Shown in pieces: positions 37,640 to 50,620 of a stretch of DNA of 64,000 nt. The notes below the pieces were generated by a model that was not told where the DNA came from, searched no databases, and worked only from the letters and a program-made list of their open reading frames with translations. Each line of letters opens with the position of its first letter. Within the stretch, counting starts at the first letter, position 1. This DNA is from Callorhinchus milii (lineage: Eukaryota). A program made the position numbers and the translations under genes. The DNA lies in assembly GCF_018977255.1 (NCBI RefSeq), contig NW_024704742.1, positions 27,840,001 to 27,904,000 on the forward strand, read 5' to 3'.

Positions 37640-39060
37640 TCCTAGCATTTGTCTTCAAGCAAATGCTAGGTCAACTTCTTCACACCTCTCCCTCCACTCC
37701 CTCCTCGAGCCCCTGCAGACTAGTTTTCGCCCTCTTCACAGCACAGAGACAGCACTAGTCAAAGTCACAATTGATATTCGATTTGTGACCAGAGCTCCCT
37801 CGGCCTACTCATTTTCCTGATCTCTCTGCTGCATTCGAAACCTTCGACCACGCCATCCTCCTCCACCTCCTCTCCTCCCTCATCCACCTTAGAAGGACCG
37901 GACTTGCATGGTTCAAATCCTACTTAACCAACCGCCTCCATTTCATATCAGCAAATGGTTTCTGCTCCTGCCACCACCTGGGCACCTGTGGGGTACCCCA
38001 GGGCTCCATCCTTGGCCCTCTCTTTTCCTTATTTATATGCTCCCTCTGAGCAATTTCATCCGCAGACACAGAGTAAACTTCCACATGTATGCTGATGACA
38101 CAAATCAACTTTTCCTCCTCCAGTACCAACTTCAGGTCCATCAATGTTCTATCGGCTTGTCTGGCAGACATCAGGGCCTGGATGAGTGTAAACTTCCTGC
38201 AGCTGAATATGGACAAAATGGAAGCCATACTCCTTGGCTCCCATTAACACCTTATAATAATAATAATCCTTGCATTTGATATAGCGCCTTTCACGTCGGG
38301 AGGATGTCCCAAAGCGCTTCACAGAACACACTGTAAAATGAATTGACTGTATATTTGTAGGCGAACGCGGCAGCCAATTGCGCACAGCAATGTCCCACAA
38401 ACAGTCGTAGATTGAAAATGACCAATTTATTATTGTTTTTGGTTTTGGAGGGATTATTATTAGGCGTGTGGAGTAAGGAAACTTGCCCAAGGTTTTGCCC
38501 TGCCTGGAATTGAACTCTGGTCTCTCGCTTGCAAAGCGAGTGCTCTAACCACTGAGATACAGGACTCCACCTTCACTCCCCCAGATCTAAACTCCTCAAT
38601 CTCTTTGGGCTCTCCCTCAGATTCACCGAACCAGTGCACAATCTAGGCATGCTGTTTGACCCCCAGCTGTTCTTCCTCCCCCACATCCGGTCCCTGACCA
38701 GGACCCCCTTCTTCCACCTCCACCACATTGCCCACCTCTGACTAAATCTTAACCCAATTGCAACCGAAACCCTTGTGCATGCGTTTGTCACCTCCCGTTT
38801 GGATTACTCCATCACACTTCTCGTCTGTCTCCCCAGACACCGTCTCCCCAAACTCTGGAACACTCTCTCTCAATCCCTCTGCCTTGCCCGCGCTCTCCCT
38901 TTATCAAATCCAACCTGAAAACCTTTCTCTTCAACAGTGATTATAGCCACCTCTCCCCCCACCCCGGCTCGGAGGAATCAGGCTCCGCCACTGTTAAGTG
39001 CTCTGAGACGCTACACTGCGTGGAAGGCACCATATAAGTGCATTGATGTTGTTGTTGTTG
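37640..39060 (+). mobile_element. L2 LINE (RT to 3' tail) split by a SINE insertion
   Basis: STETAL, GVPQGS and FHMYADDT motifs; resumes after 38573; tail aaggcaccatataagtgcattgatgttgttgttgttg. Confidence 0.9.
38254..38568 (-). mobile_element. Young tRNA-derived SINE, short variant, with TSD acctt
   Basis: Full head to tail; acctt at 38249-38253 and again at 38569-38573. Confidence 0.93.
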
Positions 39061-39141
39061 AAGGCAGCTTCCTATGGAATAGACCTCTACATGTGAGATC
39101 CATTTGTCCTCCAAATGTTAGACCATTGCAAGAAAACGAGA

Positions 39142-39368
39142 CCCAAACCATAGACTCCCCTTGACCTGTACCGAATACTTTCCGGAATTAGGTAAGGAAG
39201 AGAGTGTGCATTCCACTCCAACAGTTTATCTCTGGGATTTCCACATGTAGGTGCGATACATGGAATTCTCAGCTTGGTTTGGATACTCTTTGACATGCTG
39301 ATGGGTTTCTGTATGTGTCAGATTAGCTTTTTGGTCAGCTTAGCTGATCAAAAAAGGGGGGAAAAAAA
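39142..39368 (+). repeat. Unclassified poly(A)-tailed repeat, copy D
   Basis: aatactttccggaattaggtaag...gggatttccacatgtaggtg...cagcttggtttggatactct...gtgtcaga...agctgatcaaaaaa. Confidence 0.85.
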
Positions 39369-39599
39369 TTATAGCCAAACAAAGGCAAATATATTTTACT
39401 GAATTCTGAGAGTATTTTAAGTGGTTATTATCATCATCATAATATATGGTGTGGGTGGCTCCTCTGCTGGACAGGAATGGTATTTTGGCTAACCTCAGAC
39501 ACCACTCAAGAAGGTGAAAATGGCCATCCCTGATGTGTCTGGCTTAACCAGCTTCCACTATATTTTAAAGCATACAATTTCAATAAAAATACATTTTTA

Positions 39600-39720
39600 A
39601 CTTCTCTGATGGTTCAGCAATGTACTTAGTGTGTAGCTGTGCCTTGGAGACTATGATGGCCCCAGATTTAATCCTGGGCCTACACAGAGTTATGTGATCA
39701 GCGCTGGAGAGATGAGATGC
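39600..39720 (+). mobile_element. Ancient SINE head relic (AmnSINE2-like, from recall)
   Basis: gatggttcagc...gtagctgtgcc...ggccccagatttaatcctgggcctacacagagttatgtgatcagc. Confidence 0.35.
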
Positions 39721-39874
39721 ATGTTAGATGCATACTCTCAGTGTGCACTTGTGAGAATAGGTTCCAGCAGCGATGTGTTGTGAGTCTGTTTGTTAAATTC
39801 TGAAAACGGTATGAAGTTGCTGCTTACTTTACAGACTGATATTAAGGGTTTCAGGACCGAACAGACCAGTCTTG

Positions 39875-40085
39875 TAATAATAATAATAATATTCCTGGCA
39901 TTTGATATAGCTCTTTTCACTTCTTCTAGACGTCTCAAAGTGTTTCATACAATATACTTTAAAGTGAATTAACCGTATATTTGTGGGCAAAATGCTGCAA
40001 CCAATTGCGCACAGCAGTGACCCACAAACAGTCGTGGATTGAAAATGACCAATTTATTATCGTTTTTTTGGGAGGGATTATTATT
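39875..40085 (-). mobile_element. Young SINE 3' half
   Basis: (taa)n attcctggcatttgatatagc...cccacaaacagtcgtggattgaaaatgacc. Confidence 0.88.
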
Positions 40086-40579
40086 AGCAGCAGCATAGGC
40101 AATGGCACATTCTGTTGATTACCAGAAACACTATCTGCTGTCCTGCTAATTCTGATTACTTGTAGATTGCTAATTTATCTGATTGCTATTTATGACACGA
40201 TGCTCACTGTAAGTTATTTAGCGAAGAAGCACTTTTGGTTGTGCTTTGTTGACTGATAATTAATTTGCATCACATTTTAATCAGTTATAACTTTTTTCCC
40301 AAAAAAAGACAGCACTTCTTTCTCCTGGGCAACGTTGAAGAACATAAGAATTTAAAATGCATCATCCTGTCCACGTGTCCCTGTGATTACATCTCTCTGA
40401 TTCAATTTTCATTTCAATGTTTGAATGTTATTTGAGTAAATGTTATTGGACTGAAAATCCAACTGAGCGCGAGCTGGTTTGAAATTGACAGGCAAGACCT
40501 TTCAAAAAGAAGAATTGACTCTTTATCCTTTATTGTTATCTTAACTTTTCCAGTCGTGTCTGATTACATGAAACCGTTT

Positions 40580-40950
40580 GACTCGGCCTAGTTCAGTTGG
40601 TAGCATTTTTCCTCTGATTCAGAAGACTGTGCGTTCGAGCCCCAAGTTGTGGCTTTGAACTTGTACAGTCTGGGCTGACACTCCAATGCAGTGCTGGGGG
40701 TCGGAAGGAGATTCCGTCCTTTGGATTAGGTCTCATCTGCTTGTTCAGGTGGACGTTTAAGATCCTTTGGCTCTATTCAAAAAGAGAAGGGAGTTTTTCC
40801 TGGTGTCCTGACCAACAATTCCCCCAAATAAAATTATTTATTTACTTCATAGTCGTTTGTGGAACATTGATGTGCACAAATGAGCTATCACGGTCAACTA
40901 CAAAAGACATGGTCTTTTACAGTACATCCTGTGCAGTGCTTTGAGACATC
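40580..40950 (+). mobile_element. Old Deu-type SINE
   Basis: ttcagttggtagc...cctctgattcagaagactgtgcgttcgagccc...tcaggtggacgtttaagatcc...ggtgtcctgacc. Confidence 0.75.
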
Positions 40951-42045
40951 CTCCTGACATCCTCCTGATATGTTTAATGTAGGAATTATTTATTTATTAT
41001 ATTCNAAAAAAATGATCTGTTGGACTAGATTTTGTTAGGAGCAGTTTATGCCACACTTCTATAGCAATTGAATGCATGAACCTACACTTGGTGCCAATCA
41101 CATGCAGTAATACAAAAGCAATTCATGCTGGAGCCTCAGAACACGTGGACATGATCCACTTTGGTGTAGATGCAGCCTGATCCAATTCATTCAGATAAAT
41201 GGTATAGGCATTATGTCCCTCAGCAAAATCTTGAATCTCAGGCTGGGGTGAATGTGGAGGCAAGGAATGCCAGAGAGTGGCTTGAAAAAAAATTAAAAGT
41301 ATAAAAACGTAAGTTATGAATCATCTTAAAATTGCTAAGAATTGCACCCTCCCATAATTTTAACAAAAAGAATAATAGCACTAAATCGCTTCAGAAAAAG
41401 TGAGGGAGAAATTATTCTCCTGAAGTATGCTGGTTACCCCAGTTTCGCCTCAAATGGGTTGTTAAGGACAGAATATAAAATGATTTATTTAAAGTCCATC
41501 ACATGCCACATTTTATCCCTCCCCATATTCTGATATATTACACGCTGTATTTCTTTGCTCCCTAAGATTAATTGTCCCCTCAACAATGCACCATTGTCTG
41601 AGTTTTGTTACTCCTATTTCAGCTCATTTCACATTAGCTCATCATTGTTCCATTATCAATTTGGTTGGATTAGTATAATGTTACTATTTAATGGCAAGAA
41701 CTCAGTTTTCTCTCAGGACAGATATTCCTGTGGATCCTAAGAGAAATACAAAGTTACATTTGTATAGTGCCTGTCACGTCACGAGGATATCCCAAGGCGC
41801 TGATTGTTTGAAAATGTACACATTCTGTGGTATGATAGACCAATTCTTGAAAGGCTTAGCATTCCTTAAAACTCCTTTGCGAGTGCAAGGAGGAGGCTTC
41901 ACTGTCCACAAATAGCAAGTGACAAATTGCAGCTCTTTTTCTCTTAACTGCTCCCTTAGAACGATTCTAGCTTTGCCAGTCTGTGGTGAAAACAGTTTCA
42001 ATTATTGCCATAACATTAATAATGTTTCCTCTCATACCCCTGTAG

Positions 42046-42160
42046 ATACGGCCAGAAGAGATGAAAGAGAATAGTTTCTGGGCAAACACAAACGAGGAGA
42101 AGTTTGAAAATCCCGAACTTTTCACCAGGCTTTCTCGCATTTTCTCTTTGCAGACGAGGG
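42046..42160 (+). CDS. DIAPH: Internal coding exon of a Diaphanous-related formin (start of FH2 domain); paralog DIAPH1/2/3 not resolved
   Basis: Acceptor tttcctctcatacccctgtag| and donor G|gtaagg. The 115 nt (phase 0 to phase 1) translate as IRPEEMKENSFWANTNEEKFENPELFTRLSRIFSLQTR. This matches the Diaphanous FH2 N-terminal motif (I-x-P-x-E...EN-x-FW...E-x-KFEN-x-[DE]LF-x-x-L...F-x-x-Q) as recalled from vertebrate DIAPH proteins. It is not in the ORF track. Confidence 0.9.
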
Positions 42161-43109
42161 GTAAGGACCTTGTATCAGCCATTGTGTTAATATGTGCAGG
42201 TTGCTTTCCATTCCTTTAATGTGTTCTGACTGATTGCTTTGTCCTCTAGTCTTTCAAATAAAGTGGCAGAGAGGGGTGGTAGTTTGGCATGTAAATAAAG
42301 GAATGGAGGCACCGATTAACATTCATTTGGTCTGTTCAGGTATGGGGCTACCATAAAATTTGCAGCAAAACTTCAACATAGTTTGGCTCTGGATCCCAGT
42401 GTTCTTAACGGAGATCAGAATCAATGGACATTCATGGGTCTGACCTTTTCTTATTGTTAAAACAGCAATCGTTGAGGCTGCTTTGAAACCGTGTCTAAAA
42501 GTGAGTAAACTACAGGGATATGGGGAAAAGGCAGGTAATCAGGACTGAAATAATTGCTTTTTAAAAGAGCCAGGACAAACACGATGAGGCAAATGGCCTC
42601 CTGTGCAGTAAATTTCTCTAGTTCTAATCATTATCACTTACTCTCATCTCCTGAACAACATGTAATACATACAATATCAAAAAAAGTTAATATACTGCAG
42701 GAAGTTCACTCGGAGTTTGTTCAAAATCTTCTGCCCACTTTACAATTAATGTTGCTTCTGTTTCTTTTGAACCTTTTTCCTTTTTTACACTACTTGCGCA
42801 TAAAGATAGACATCTACCTGTAGTGACTAAGACCTTTGTGGTGGTGTGGGTTTTCAAAGCCACTCTTTCTAAAGCAATGTGTTTTTCTGTGATCAGTGTT
42901 ATCTTGCAAAATGATTTATAGCATTTGTGGTTGACTGGAGCTGCTGGTACGGACAGCAATCTTTTTATAGACTTTGAAATAAGTAAACTTCAGGCTCTGA
43001 GTGGACCGTCACAATGTTTTTTTAAATTGAGAAACCTTGGTTATGAACAAGGGATCACATTACAGTACACACCCCACCTTGGCTCTCATTCCCAGCTTGG
43101 GTACCCAGC

Positions 43110-43465
43110 CAACAACTACAATATTACATTTGTATAGCACCCTTCACATCGGGAGGACGTCCCAAGGCACTGGACAGTTAGTGTTTCGGACCCGAGCTGG
43201 TGGGTCAGGATTGAAGAGGCTGAAGGGCAGGGGGGGGAATCAGGGTGATCGAAAGCGCAGTTGAAGAGGAGGGTCTTGAGATAAGTCTTGAAGGAGGCAA
43301 GGGAGAGGCCGTCGTGGGGGTCCTGCGGAATGGAGTGCCAGAGGGTAGGGTCAGAGTGGCAGAAGGCCGCCCGTCAATGTGGGGCAGTCGAGGCGAGAAC
43401 ATGAAACAAGTGGTTTAGGATGGCCTCCTGACATGAAAGGCGCTATATAAATGTACATTTGAATT
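43110..43465 (-). mobile_element. L2 3' fragment (-) with an opposite-strand L2 tail at its 5' end
   Basis: acatttgtatagcacccttcacatcgggagg on the left; cctcctgacatgaaaggcgctatataaatgt on the right. Confidence 0.8.
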
Positions 43466-43829
43466 GTAACAGCAGGGTTGAACCAAAATGGAAGAGGAAA
43501 TGAGGTTGAGACAAAGTCCAAACTCGTTATTATGTGGTTGTTCTTAAAATGAGACCCCGTGTTAGAGCAGGGTGTTTTATAGAGCTGCCTCTGGCAACTA
43601 CTTCAGGGTTTGCTGCTTGTATCACTGAACCTGCTGTGCTTGTGTGTTGAGCAAGGCATCCAAATGAGCCCACCCTATCCTATTCCCCTTCTTCTTTTCC
43701 TTTCTCCTTCATCGTGCACTATGCTTTATCCAAACCGATAGCTTTTTGAGGAGCACTAAATGGAACTCGACTGTGTTGCTGGATGGGGTCAATCTTCAGT
43801 TTGTAACTGAAGATCGGCCCCGGCCTTCA

Positions 43830-44154
43830 ACTTGCCTACTCCCTCCGTTCAGTGGGTTCCGGACTGCTCCATGTCTCCCGCCCAACCTGCCCTACCATCG
43901 GTGGCCGGGCTTTCAGCCTCTCTGCCCCCACGGTCTGGAACTCCATCCCACAATCCCTTCACCTCGCTTCCTCCCTTGCCTCCTTCAAGGCCGGTCTCAA
44001 GACCCTCATTTTCGATCGTGCCTTCGGTTGGCCTCCCACCTCTCTGCCTTCCCTAACCCCTACACCACCCCTCCTCCATGCTCGGGTCCCGCCCCTGACT
44101 TGGGCATCCTCCCGACGTGAAAGGCCCTCTATAAATGTAATTTTGTTGTTGTTG
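43830..44154 (+). mobile_element. L2 LINE 3' end
   Basis: GGRAFSLSAPTVWNSIP...FKAGLKTLIF; tail aaaggccctctataaatgtaattttgttgttgttg. Confidence 0.9.
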
Positions 44155-46939
44155 TAACTTTATTGATTGAAGGAGGGAGGAAGTGCTGCGAGTGCACTTA
44201 CATGCATACACACACAAATACACACAATACGTGCAAAAGGTTGGGGTGAAGACTGCAATGTCTTGGTGCTATTTTAGTAGACACAATAGTTGACAAAGGG
44301 ATTAGTCATGTGAATTATTGACTGCTCTGTGGGTGTGCTAGTTCCGGCCACTTCCCAAAGCCATTCACTGTACTTGAGCCCGAAAGCCTGCGACGTTGGT
44401 GATTGGACTATTGTTTGATGGATCACAGCATTGGACTGCAGGTTAGAGGGATACTGTCTGAGCACAAAAATACAGTAGGAATAGTATCTTGCAAACTGGC
44501 ATTCAAATTTATTTACATGGAGGCCTGTGTACTCTGATCACCTGTATGTGGACTCAACGTGTCCTTGGATGTATTCAGAATGTGATCTTGGGAAATTTGG
44601 TGCCACGAAACTAGTTGCTTTTCAATGGGAGTTGCTGCCTGTTGCTTCATCTCTCCACCTCTCCCTCTTCCATAAATTGCTTCAGTTGTTTGTCAATTCA
44701 TGGATATCATTGAGATGGAGTATAGAGATTGTCAAACTCGAGAGGAATGTGTGCAGCCAAGGAATCTATGACGACTCAATGTGTCTACGTTTATAAAGAT
44801 TTGTTTGCCAGCGTATGGAATTGCAAGCGCTCCTGAATGCTACCCCGCGTGAATGGCGCTCTATAAATGCAAGTTGTTGTTGTGTATACATCCTCCTCTA
44901 CTCGCATCCCAGACTTTGTTAGCGTCAGCAGCAGTAACCATATGAATCCATTACACCACAAAATTGTTACCTCCCTGTTACTCTCCCCCTTCATCCTCCA
45001 CCAATTTAAATTAAAATGTTTAGTTAAATTTTCCTTGCACGCTGAGGAAATTTAATTTTGCCTGTAAAATCACAGAGCATTATACATATATGTCTGGTAT
45101 TCTCATCCCTGATGTCCAGTTCAGTATAAATGTTTTAAAGATTAAAATGCAGATGATGTACAATTGACTAGATTTTGAATATACTTTACCAAAGGGGGTG
45201 AATAATAATCATACTAGTAATAATCCTTACATTTGGTATAGTCACTTCACAAAGCACTTCACAGGATGTTCTGTAACTTGCAGTGACTGTGGTTTTTGGG
45301 CAAACTCATTGGTCACAGTTGAAACTAATTGCTGCAGAAAGAATCATTTTGTGCTTACAAGGTTGTTGTTGAGTAAAATTTGCGGGAGTCTTAAATCATT
45401 CCTTGTGTTAAATGAGGAATAACTGATGACTAGCAATAGGTGGAACAGTCTCTCCAGTGAAGTGGAATCACCCTCTTCCAGATTGCCCAACTCTTGGTGT
45501 TTTGAATTTCACATTTTTAAAAAAAGTGCAATGTTTAGTCACTGGCAATGTTTAGTAACTTAACTGTTCTTGATTGTTCAATATACTTTATCAGAATAAA
45601 GAGAGACATTTGCACTGCCCAGGTCAGAATTAAGTTTTGAGCGATCATTGAGCTGAGATCTGCAAAGGAGTGCTCTACCTACTGGTAGATATCGATGTTC
45701 CTTATTTAACCCAAGAAACACTTGCAAATGACCTCAAGTTTTACCCTAATGTGAGAAATACAATTGCAAAACTACATTGGGGTCTGCACATGGCTATTAG
45801 TGTTTGACATCAACATGCTTTTCCTCTTGTCAGCAGGGCACAAAGTACCTCCAAACTCCCATGCAAGCCAACAGAAGGCATTCATGAGCCTTTTGCCCTT
45901 CTTTTATTACCTTCTCCCTTCCCTATTGCAGTCACTTCATTATTAATAATAATGGTTGGCCAGGACCAGGGGAAACCCGCTGCTTTTATCAAATAGTACC
46001 ATGAGATTTTTAGGGTCTACTTGAACAAGCAGACTGGACCGAATCCAATCAATGGAATCTCCAACAATGAAAGAAATCCTCAACAGTAGACACATAACTG
46101 CAGGTATCTGCCTCAATCTTCCGCATCCTGATACAAACCTAATGGTTCCACATCCTCAAGGCTAGACAAGCTTGAAAAATGGCTTCAAACTGCAGAGAAT
46201 TGGTACTAAATGAACAAAATTTTTTTTTGATTTTTTTAAACCAATAATCTATCAAGGCTCATTCTTCTGTTAGTACACTTGAGATACATTATTCAAACAT
46301 GAGATTATAAGTGCTCTACAAACTGTCTCCTGTGAAGTACAATGTGTGGGAATTTGCAGTCTACAAGTGACGTCTAATGTATCTTTCAAACATACCATGT
46401 CATTGATTTACTGCAGTGTCTGTAAGAGCTAAATATACATCATAAATCCCTTCAAAACTTACCTCATTTTAATCATTTGTCTCCCTTCGATTGAACAATA
46501 CTAAATTCTCTCATTTATTTCTCCTAAATTTCTCCCACGCAATTTGACGTCGTCATTTCAATTCTATTAGCTTGCTTGTTCCATAAACAGACACAAGCAT
46601 TGAAGAACAGCAATTTGTACTAAAACCTTTCATGTACAATGAACATCTTGAAGTGCTTAATTATGATGGAAGGTACCAAGAAGGGCGAGTTAGGAATGTT
46701 AACAAATGGCATACTAGAATTCATTTAACAATAATCCTTGCATTTGATTTTCAAAAATATCATATCGTCAAAACATTTCAACGCGCTTCAGAATTTTTTT
46801 TACTGTGAAGTGTAATATCTGTTATTTTTGCAATCAATATATTAGAAGCAGAGCTTTGAAGAATTTTTTTTTGATCTATTCAGTTTAATAAATGGAAATG
46901 TTCGGGACTCTATGTTAGACTGGGGCTGAGGTTTTAGGT

Positions 46940-47030
46940 CAGGGATCGCCAACCTATGGCCCACGAGCTGGAAGTGGCCCATGGGGCCCGTAAAAGAAGC
47001 AGCCCCCAAACATTTGCACAAGTCCAGGTA
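46940..47030 (+). mobile_element. One terminus of a hAT (Charlie-type) non-autonomous DNA transposon
   Basis: cagggatcgccaacctatggcccacgagctggaagtggccc resembles the CAGGGGTC..CAACC...GGCCCGCGGGCC terminus; I did not find the opposite end. Confidence 0.5.
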
Positions 47031-47459
47031 AAAAATCTGTCTTTGATCTGCAGTGTGTGTTAATTTTTTTTCTTGATTGAATTTTTCTTTATTTATGCCA
47101 TAAATAAATATTCAATCAAGAAAATTCATTTTGTTGCACATCACTGCTGTAGCTTAACTCTTCACAAGGCCACGATTTAATAAAGAAGGCATGAGCCACA
47201 ACAGAATGCAGTTTATGTTTGGTTTAGGCAATTCTTTCAGTGGTGCACATAAGGCATTTGGTATTATGATCTTATTGAGGAAGAATGTGAACTAGCAGTG
47301 TGAGAAGTTGCTATCTGAATCAATTAAGTATAAGGAAGACTTATACAGAGAGGTGGGAAGGAAGAGAGAGAGATATGCACAAAGGTTAAGAAAAAACAAA
47401 CAGACGTATGACACCATTTCCTTTTCATATCTCATGCTGATTTCTATCTTGTATCTTTA

Positions 47460-47680
47460 ATATCACTGCAGTACAATACTGTATTGTCAGTGGTATCCTC
47501 CTTCAGATGAGATGTTAAACAGAGGTCCAGCCTTCAGGTGGACATTAAAAATCTGAATACACTGATCAATTGCCTAATGGCTGTTTGTAGGATAGTGGAG
47601 CACAAATTGGCTGCATCATTTGGCTACAAATAAACAATCACTACATTTGACAATAGACATTATAAGGTGTTTTGATATTT
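47460..47680 (+). mobile_element. Old Deu-type SINE fragment
   Basis: ccttcagatgagatgttaaacagaggtcc...caggtggacattaaaaatc...cacaaattggctgc. Confidence 0.65.
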
Positions 47681-50244
47681 TATGTATAAAGAATTACATA
47701 AAAAGACCTCCCTTTTCTGTTTTGTATATAAAATGGCTGCAGCCATGAAAACCTAAATATCACATGTGTTCTGTGTATTGTATCTGGTATTGGGCTCAGT
47801 TGTAGATACAGTGATAGACAGGCATGGTGAGAGAACTTTAAAAATGTTACCACTTCAAGGCTTTCACAAGAATAAAGGTATTCTAATGAATAAAGACATC
47901 CCAAAAGTGCTGGGATATTTGGAATCGTCATAGGTGAAATACTGTTTTTGATTCTGATAGCCAAAGATTTTGATCGTGTCAGCACTTATAAGCTCAATAT
48001 TATTGCCAGTACTTCTGTTTACCTAGCTTCTGCTTTAAGATCTATAATCTGCTTTGTTAACACTCAAGTGCATCCTCCTGCAATTGTGTAGTAAATCAAT
48101 ATACCGTTGGTTATTCTCCTCCAGTTGACTCAGAAAGGCTATGTCTATTTCCCACTTGATACTCACAATGGACTGTGCCTTTGCCACCTTACTTGGCAGC
48201 ACATTCTAACATTTTCAGTGCCTTGGGACATCCTCTAGACATAAATGTAATTTTTTAGTATTGTTTTTGTGTGAAATTAATTCTCCTAAGCTCTCTTTTT
48301 GCTCTTTTTAACTGTCATATGTGTGTTCTCCTGTCATTGACGCCCCTAGCAGTATAAATAGCTGCTCCCTATTCAACCTGTTAAAATCAATTTGGGGGTG
48401 AAATAGTAACATGTGCTATCGCATCATTGAAAATCGTGGTCAAATTATTATACATATTCCTCCTCTCCGTGCTCACCCCTGATTTTGGAACAATAATTTG
48501 ACTCAACCGTGTCCAGAAATGCTAGCACTTGCCATTCTTGGAGCAGGCTGGGGGGGAGTGACTTTTCTGGAATACTGGTTTAACCCATTCAGAATTCAGA
48601 GTGTTCCTTGAATAAGGAATGGGTTATGTTGAGCAGTAGCACAATATTGATACCATAATCTCCTACAAAAAATATCTGGACTCAGATAGGGATATGACTC
48701 CAATTCCAAGAGCCATCCAGGCTTAAGCAAAATAAAATTACATATAATATGACCTGATAATATCCATAATTTCAGGTATTAAAAACTCAAACACCAATGA
48801 AGTTGAATTTAACTAATAAAGCTTCTGGAGCTCCAACTGGAAAGTAGCTGACGTAGAGCTTATTTCACTTTCAGAGTAAAACCCTAAAACTGCCCATGTA
48901 AAAATAGGCCACAAAGCTTTTTATTAGAATGATACAGTGAAATGTGTGACACATTGACATACTATATCTAGGAAGAAATGTCTGAACGAAAAGTCAACTG
49001 ATTGAATGTCTCCATCCCTGACATTGATTCATTTCTCTGTCTATTAATATGCACACTGAGCGATGATGAGCAAGGGAAGAATAAATGAAGATTTGAATTA
49101 TGATATTGGAATTAAAACATTGATGTTCCTGGTCTGTCGGATGTGGACAGCCTTCAATGAATAAGGGAAAATGTTGCTTATTAAAATAAGGTCTGCATTC
49201 AGACATACACTTGAGTGCAGTAGATTGTATTTAACATTGACTGGTGGTGCTATTGACGTACATCAGGATGGTAGTCCCAGGTTCACTAGTTCAAGTGTTT
49301 TGAAAATTTAGCAGCAATGAGGTTCATATTTGCTATTAAAAACCATCAAAAGGCCACCAAATAGATAAGGAAAAGGGAGTAATTCACAGGAGTTTTGGTT
49401 CACACAGGTAAATGGGATTGAATGACCTGCTCTTTCAAGGGGACAGTATACACAAAATACAGGGTTGAATGGTTTTCTTCTGTACTCTACAATTTTATGG
49501 TTCTACAGTGCAACAAAGCCTCAGATAGATCCCAACGTATATCAGGGGCAGCGACAAGATTGAATACTCATTGGGATTGAAGAAGAACATTGGCTCCATG
49601 AAATGAATGGTAGGCCTAAATATTGTGAAGTGTAATTTGAGAATCCTGAAGAATGGTTCTTAATTTATAGTACGATTGGAGGAAAGTACACAAATTGAAC
49701 CTTCCTGTCCTATATGTTATTTTGGTGCAGCTATGCTTAAAAAAAGCATGACTTTAATTAATCTCAGTTTTTCTGCGGTGGATCTTTGTAAGATTCTGCC
49801 ACTGATTTTTGTGAAAAATTAAGATTTGTTAAATCGGGCATGACTGAGACTAATTTGCTGCCTTTGACCAGTGATTTTTNAAAAAAATGAATCCGAGAAG
49901 AATTGTTCTAGATGAATTAATTATCTGTGATTCCTTGAATGCTGAAATTAAAATAGCAACATCATACAGAAATATTAATAACAGCTGCCATCAAATGGCA
50001 AATAAGTGACCCAAAGTTGTTTTACACACCTTATTGCTGCACCACCCCCAGCCAGAAGACCTCAATATGTTACTGTGCTTTAGAATGGCCTCACGAGGCA
50101 TTCGTAGCAATTGTGAACCATGAGGGGGGAACAAGAGCAATTAGTTAGGCTGTTTTTTTTCCCAAAAGCCTTGCAGAACAGTAACCTTTGTCTTCTCACA
50201 GGCTTCATTGGAAGAGTAATAAAAAATAACTAAATTTTTTTGCC

Positions 50245-50620
50245 AGGCTCCATTGCCTCCCTGTTGCAAACAGATTGATTCCAAGATCTTGACACTTGCT
50301 TTCAAATCAGTTCACCCTGCCTCTTCGACCTGCTTGTACCCCATTCCTCTACCTGCCCACTTGGCTCAGTTGTCTTGAGTCTTCTGCATGTCTCTCGGCC
50401 CCTCTGCTCCACCATTGGCTGCTGTGTTATCAGCTGTTATGCCTTGAATCTCTGGAATGCTCTGTCTCAATCCTTGTGTCTTGCTCCCTTTATGCCAATC
50501 TTCAGATCATACCTGAAGACTTTCCTCTTCGACCATGCCTTTGGTTTCCTCCCCTCTCCAGCTCGGTGTCATTGCGGAAGTGCTACGAGAAGTTAAACGC
50601 GTAAATACTTGTTTATTTTT
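50245..50620 (+). mobile_element. L2 LINE 3' end (old)
   Basis: ggctccattgcctccctg...aagatcttgacac...ctctggaatgctctg...ctgaagactttcctcttcgaccatgcc. Confidence 0.8.

Noticed and set aside
41967..42182. 71-aa minus-strand ORF
   Set aside because: It is the antisense shadow of the DIAPH exon.
42225..42270. Acceptor-like tgctttgtcctctag as the start of a DIAPH1-type 9-nt microexon
   Set aside because: There is no GT donor at a suitable distance.
41005..49880. Single N bases at 41005 and 49880
   Set aside because: Both are ambiguous calls next to homopolymer runs, so technical rather than biological.
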